Source of the DNA: a virus | Lineage: Duplodnaviria; Caudoviricetes | IMG/VR virus record: IMGVR_UViG_3300042541_000156 | Location: 1-39,450 of that record | Length of the DNA: 39,450 nt | Strand: one strand, 5' to 3' | In this document: piece after piece, positions 36,943 through 39,450 of the stretch | Layout: every line of letters starts with the position of its first letter | How positions within the stretch are numbered: position 1 is the stretch's first letter | The notes under the pieces: generated by a model | Told to the model about the DNA's origin: nothing | The model's input: the letters and a program-made list of their open reading frames with translations, nothing else | Databases searched by the model: none | Program-made: the position numbers and the translations under genes

Positions 36943-36966
36943 TATTTAGTAAAACGAGTATTTATA
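36943..36966 (-). promoter_or_regulatory. Tandem late promoters for gene 18 (TATAAATA at 36959-36966, ACTAAATA at 36943-36950)
   Basis: Exact T4 late consensus plus the variant seen before genes 22 and 23. Confidence 0.75.
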
Positions 36967-38626
36967 GCTTGTTAGTCCAGTTCAAATCACCAAAAGGATC
37001 CAAATAACCCCTTTCTTTAAACCATAACTCACCTTGTGCGTCTTTTTCCATTCTATCATCTAGTCCATCATCTACAATACCAAATGGCACAAAGGATTCG
37101 TCCATAATGTTCATTTGTTCCTGCTGTAGTACGGCACGAATATTGCTATTGATATTTTCTTTAAAGTATCGCTGAGACGTTAACCATCCAAAATGAACAA
37201 GCGTCATAGCTAAATCGTCATTACTGCCTTCTTCGGCCTTAAAGCTCTTTTTGTCGGCAGAAAAGCGCATTAGCTCATCGATTGTCTGCTCATCATTAAT
37301 TATCAGTTTGTCACTCTCAATTAAGGTCTTGAGGTTAGAACAACCGATATTTTTTGTCTGAGTGGACGTTTTTAGACCGTAAGCAATCTTTTTGGTAAAA
37401 CCGGGGGTAGACTGCTGTCCCAGCTTGCCTTTGACCTGAATCTTGATTAGGTTCTCATATGATAGTTCGAAATGGATAATATCAGCTACCTGTAAACCAA
37501 TACTGTTAATTTCCACTAGAATGAAGGCATCATTGTACATTTTAGCTGCCTGTACAATAACTGTAGGAAACAGCATAGGAGATATCTTATTGTTTCGATA
37601 TTTAGCAACCTGTCTGTAGGGTATTTCCGTAACGTCGAAGATTGAGAATGTTGAATAGTCTAATCCTTGTCCTTCGGCAACGTCTACCGTCATTGTATAT
37701 GTTCTAGTAAGATCTGGTTCTCTGAGAATATCCAAGAAGCCGTCATGACGAACAGGCTTATGCCAAACAAGCGAACGTAGTTTAGCAGGGTGAATCAGAG
37801 TATTAGCTGAACCAATAAACTCACATTCAAACTCTTGACGGAATTGATCTTCAGATGTGTTGGCAATCGTCTGTCGTTTCCAATCTTCATCGCGTCCTGG
37901 CACCATACTCCAGTGGATCTCAATTGGAACATATTCTGATTTGAGATCAGGATCATCGGATGTAGCCTTAAACCACATCTTGTAAAACAGGTTCAGTCCA
38001 TTAGGTGTGGATACGATGATGACCTTTGTAGACTTACCAGAAGAAATTGTAGGATATGTGGACATGAAAAATGCTTCAGCAATATTTTCAGGAACGAACG
38101 CAAACTCGTCCAAAAACACAATGTTGAACGAACGACCACGAATAGATGAACCAGATGTAGAATCGGCCATAATACGTGAGCCGTTGGCTAGTTCAATAGA
38201 ACCTTTGTTCCATTCTTTTACGCCTTGCTGTAGAAAACGAGGCAAGTATTCAAAAGCCAGTTGAAGTCTGCCTAAGATTTCTCTGGCCATCGCAGACTTG
38301 TTAGCTAGAACAGCTACGTTTACGCTCTCATTGAAAAGTATGTAGTGTAGCAAATATGCAACAGATGTTGTGGTTTTGCCAACCTGACGCGGGAGTTTAC
38401 AAATAGAGAATCGGTTGTTGTGGAAGTTCAAAAGCATTTCTTTCTGGAAATCCCACATCTCAAATGGAATAAGACCGCGATCAACGTTAATGATTTTCAT
38501 ATAAGTCACAGCAAAGTATACGGGATCATCCGCACACTTTATAAACTCATCCATTTCTTTTTGAGTAAAAGCATGTTTAAAATCTTCGCGTGGAAGATTT
38601 GGGTTATTATTATACCCTTTGGTCAT
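36962..38626 (-). CDS. 17: Terminase large subunit (gp17)
   Basis: YNNNPNL, PRQVGKTT, FLDEFAF, STPNG, FRQEFEC, DVAEG, DDLAM; start placed at ATG 38626 (TAATG overlap). Confidence 0.97.
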   Translation of the reverse strand: MTKGYNNNPNLPREDFKHAFTQKEMDEFIKCADDPVYFAVTYMKIINVDRGLIPFEMWDFQKEMLLNFHNNRFSICKLPRQVGKTTTSVAYLLHYILFNESVNVAVLANKSAMAREILGRLQLAFEYLPRFLQQGVKEWNKGSIELANGSRIMADSTSGSSIRGRSFNIVFLDEFAFVPENIAEAFFMSTYPTISSGKSTKVIIVSTPNGLNLFYKMWFKATSDDPDLKSEYVPIEIHWSMVPGRDEDWKRQTIANTSEDQFRQEFECEFIGSANTLIHPAKLRSLVWHKPVRHDGFLDILREPDLTRTYTMTVDVAEGQGLDYSTFSIFDVTEIPYRQVAKYRNNKISPMLFPTVIVQAAKMYNDAFILVEINSIGLQVADIIHFELSYENLIKIQVKGKLGQQSTPGFTKKIAYGLKTSTQTKNIGCSNLKTLIESDKLIINDEQTIDELMRFSADKKSFKAEEGSNDDLAMTLVHFGWLTSQRYFKENINSNIRAVLQQEQMNIMDESFVPFGIVDDGLDDRMEKDAQGELWFKERGYLDPFGDLNWTNKL

Positions 38627-39156
38627 TATTTGTAATATGGATTCTTTGGATCGGTATCGTTTGTAACGTCTGGCCACCAATCAAGTTCATATCTTTTACC
38701 ACTCTTAAACATTGCTTTCATCGACTTGATACGCGATTCATATTCTTCTTTACTAGGTTTAACATTACCTTCAACTACATCTAAAACGTATTGTATTGTC
38801 ACAGCGTTGGCACTAAGACTAGCACATCTTGCTCCTACTTCACCTTTAAGATGGTCAAGCAATATACTTTCGCTACTATCAGCTAACACATTTGACAGTT
38901 CATGTGGAACTTTAAGATCAACATATGAATAAACGTAGTCATAGTGTGGAACAGGAGAAGAGTGTAGAATGTATTCATCCAAAACTTCAACTCTTTTAAA
39001 TCCATCAACATCATGCCAAATAGCTCTATTTGATGTTAACTCATCTGGTTGACCAAAAGTTTTTTGTAAATGTTCTGCGTATTTTGCAGGTTCTTTATTT
39101 TTCCATTGGGATAGTGGAGAAGATGATTCTTTTAAAAACTGTTTAAACGTCTTCAT
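38626..39156 (-). CDS. Hypothetical protein with a T4 capsid-targeting-like N-terminus (176 aa)
   Basis: MKTFKQFLKE; core FGQPDELT...IWH...PVPHYD...GEVGARC resembles an uncharacterised bacterial family (from memory). Confidence 0.7.
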   Translation of the reverse strand: MKTFKQFLKESSSPLSQWKNKEPAKYAEHLQKTFGQPDELTSNRAIWHDVDGFKRVEVLDEYILHSSPVPHYDYVYSYVDLKVPHELSNVLADSSESILLDHLKGEVGARCASLSANAVTIQYVLDVVEGNVKPSKEEYESRIKSMKAMFKSGKRYELDWWPDVTNDTDPKNPYYK

Positions 39157-39450
39157 CTTTCTGTTCTCCTAACATTCACTATACCTTTTTTCTTTTGAAA
39201 AATAGGTCTGAGACTTGTTTTTGGGTCAACTATCATATATGATTTAGATTCAGATTTGCTATCTTCTACTCTGTTTGTGTAATGAAGATGATCTATACCT
39301 TTTTTCTTTAGAAATGATGTTATATGCTGGTATGGTTTTTCGTAATCATTAGATTCCAAATATCCTGCATCTCTTATCTTTTTTTCCAAATCAGTATGTT
39401 CTCTTTTGGTAATATGTTTTCTTCTATGTAGGGAATCTATGACTGAAATA
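39153..39450 (-). CDS. Partial hypothetical protein (5' end beyond the right edge), possible ART-like C-terminus
   Basis: Frame stays open to the window end (...ISVIDSLHRRKHITKREHTDLEKKIRD...); LKKKGIDHLHYTNRVED...SYMIVDP motif. Confidence 0.55.
   Translation of the reverse strand, partial: ISVIDSLHRRKHITKREHTDLEKKIRDAGYLESNDYEKPYQHITSFLKKKGIDHLHYTNRVEDSKSESKSYMIVDPKTSLRPIFQKKKGIVNVRRTER

Noticed and set aside
19201-38626. Introns or inteins in core genes (46, 47, uvsW, 23, 20, 18, 17)
   Set aside because: All are continuous ORFs of ordinary length with no splicing or LAGLIDADG motifs seen
38627-38680. N-terminal extension of the terminase in the ORF track
   Set aside because: It overlaps the upstream gene; the TAATG-coupled ATG at 38626 gives the typical YxxNPNL start

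Overview
A segment of a large T4-like myovirus genome. Every real gene is on the minus strand, in the order typical of cyanophage-like and alphaproteobacterial T4 relatives. In transcription order (right to left): two probable internal head proteins, gp17 terminase, gp18, gp19, gp20 portal, an ADP-ribosyltransferase-fold protein, gp67/gp68-like core proteins, gp21, gp22, gp23, gp3, uvsY, uvsW, gp55, gp47, gp46, a three-gene glycosyltransferase cassette (probable DNA hypermodification), a CobT-like/CobS-like (metallopeptidase-vWA plus AAA+) pair with an HTH gene, a GT-A glycosyltransferase, dNMP kinase, gp45, a DsbA/GapR-like protein, a GIY-YIG-like protein, gp44, gp62, regA, dUTPase with an AT-hook tail, a PAAR protein, fibre-like genes, and a collagen-like protein of at least 1400 aa that runs off the left edge and is missing from the ORF track. 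Sigma70-type promoters, T4-type late promoters (NNTAAATA) and several hairpins are visible. An alphaproteobacterial host is an inference. All family assignments come from motif recognition by eye; no searches were run. I found no tRNA, rRNA, CRISPR array, intron or intein.
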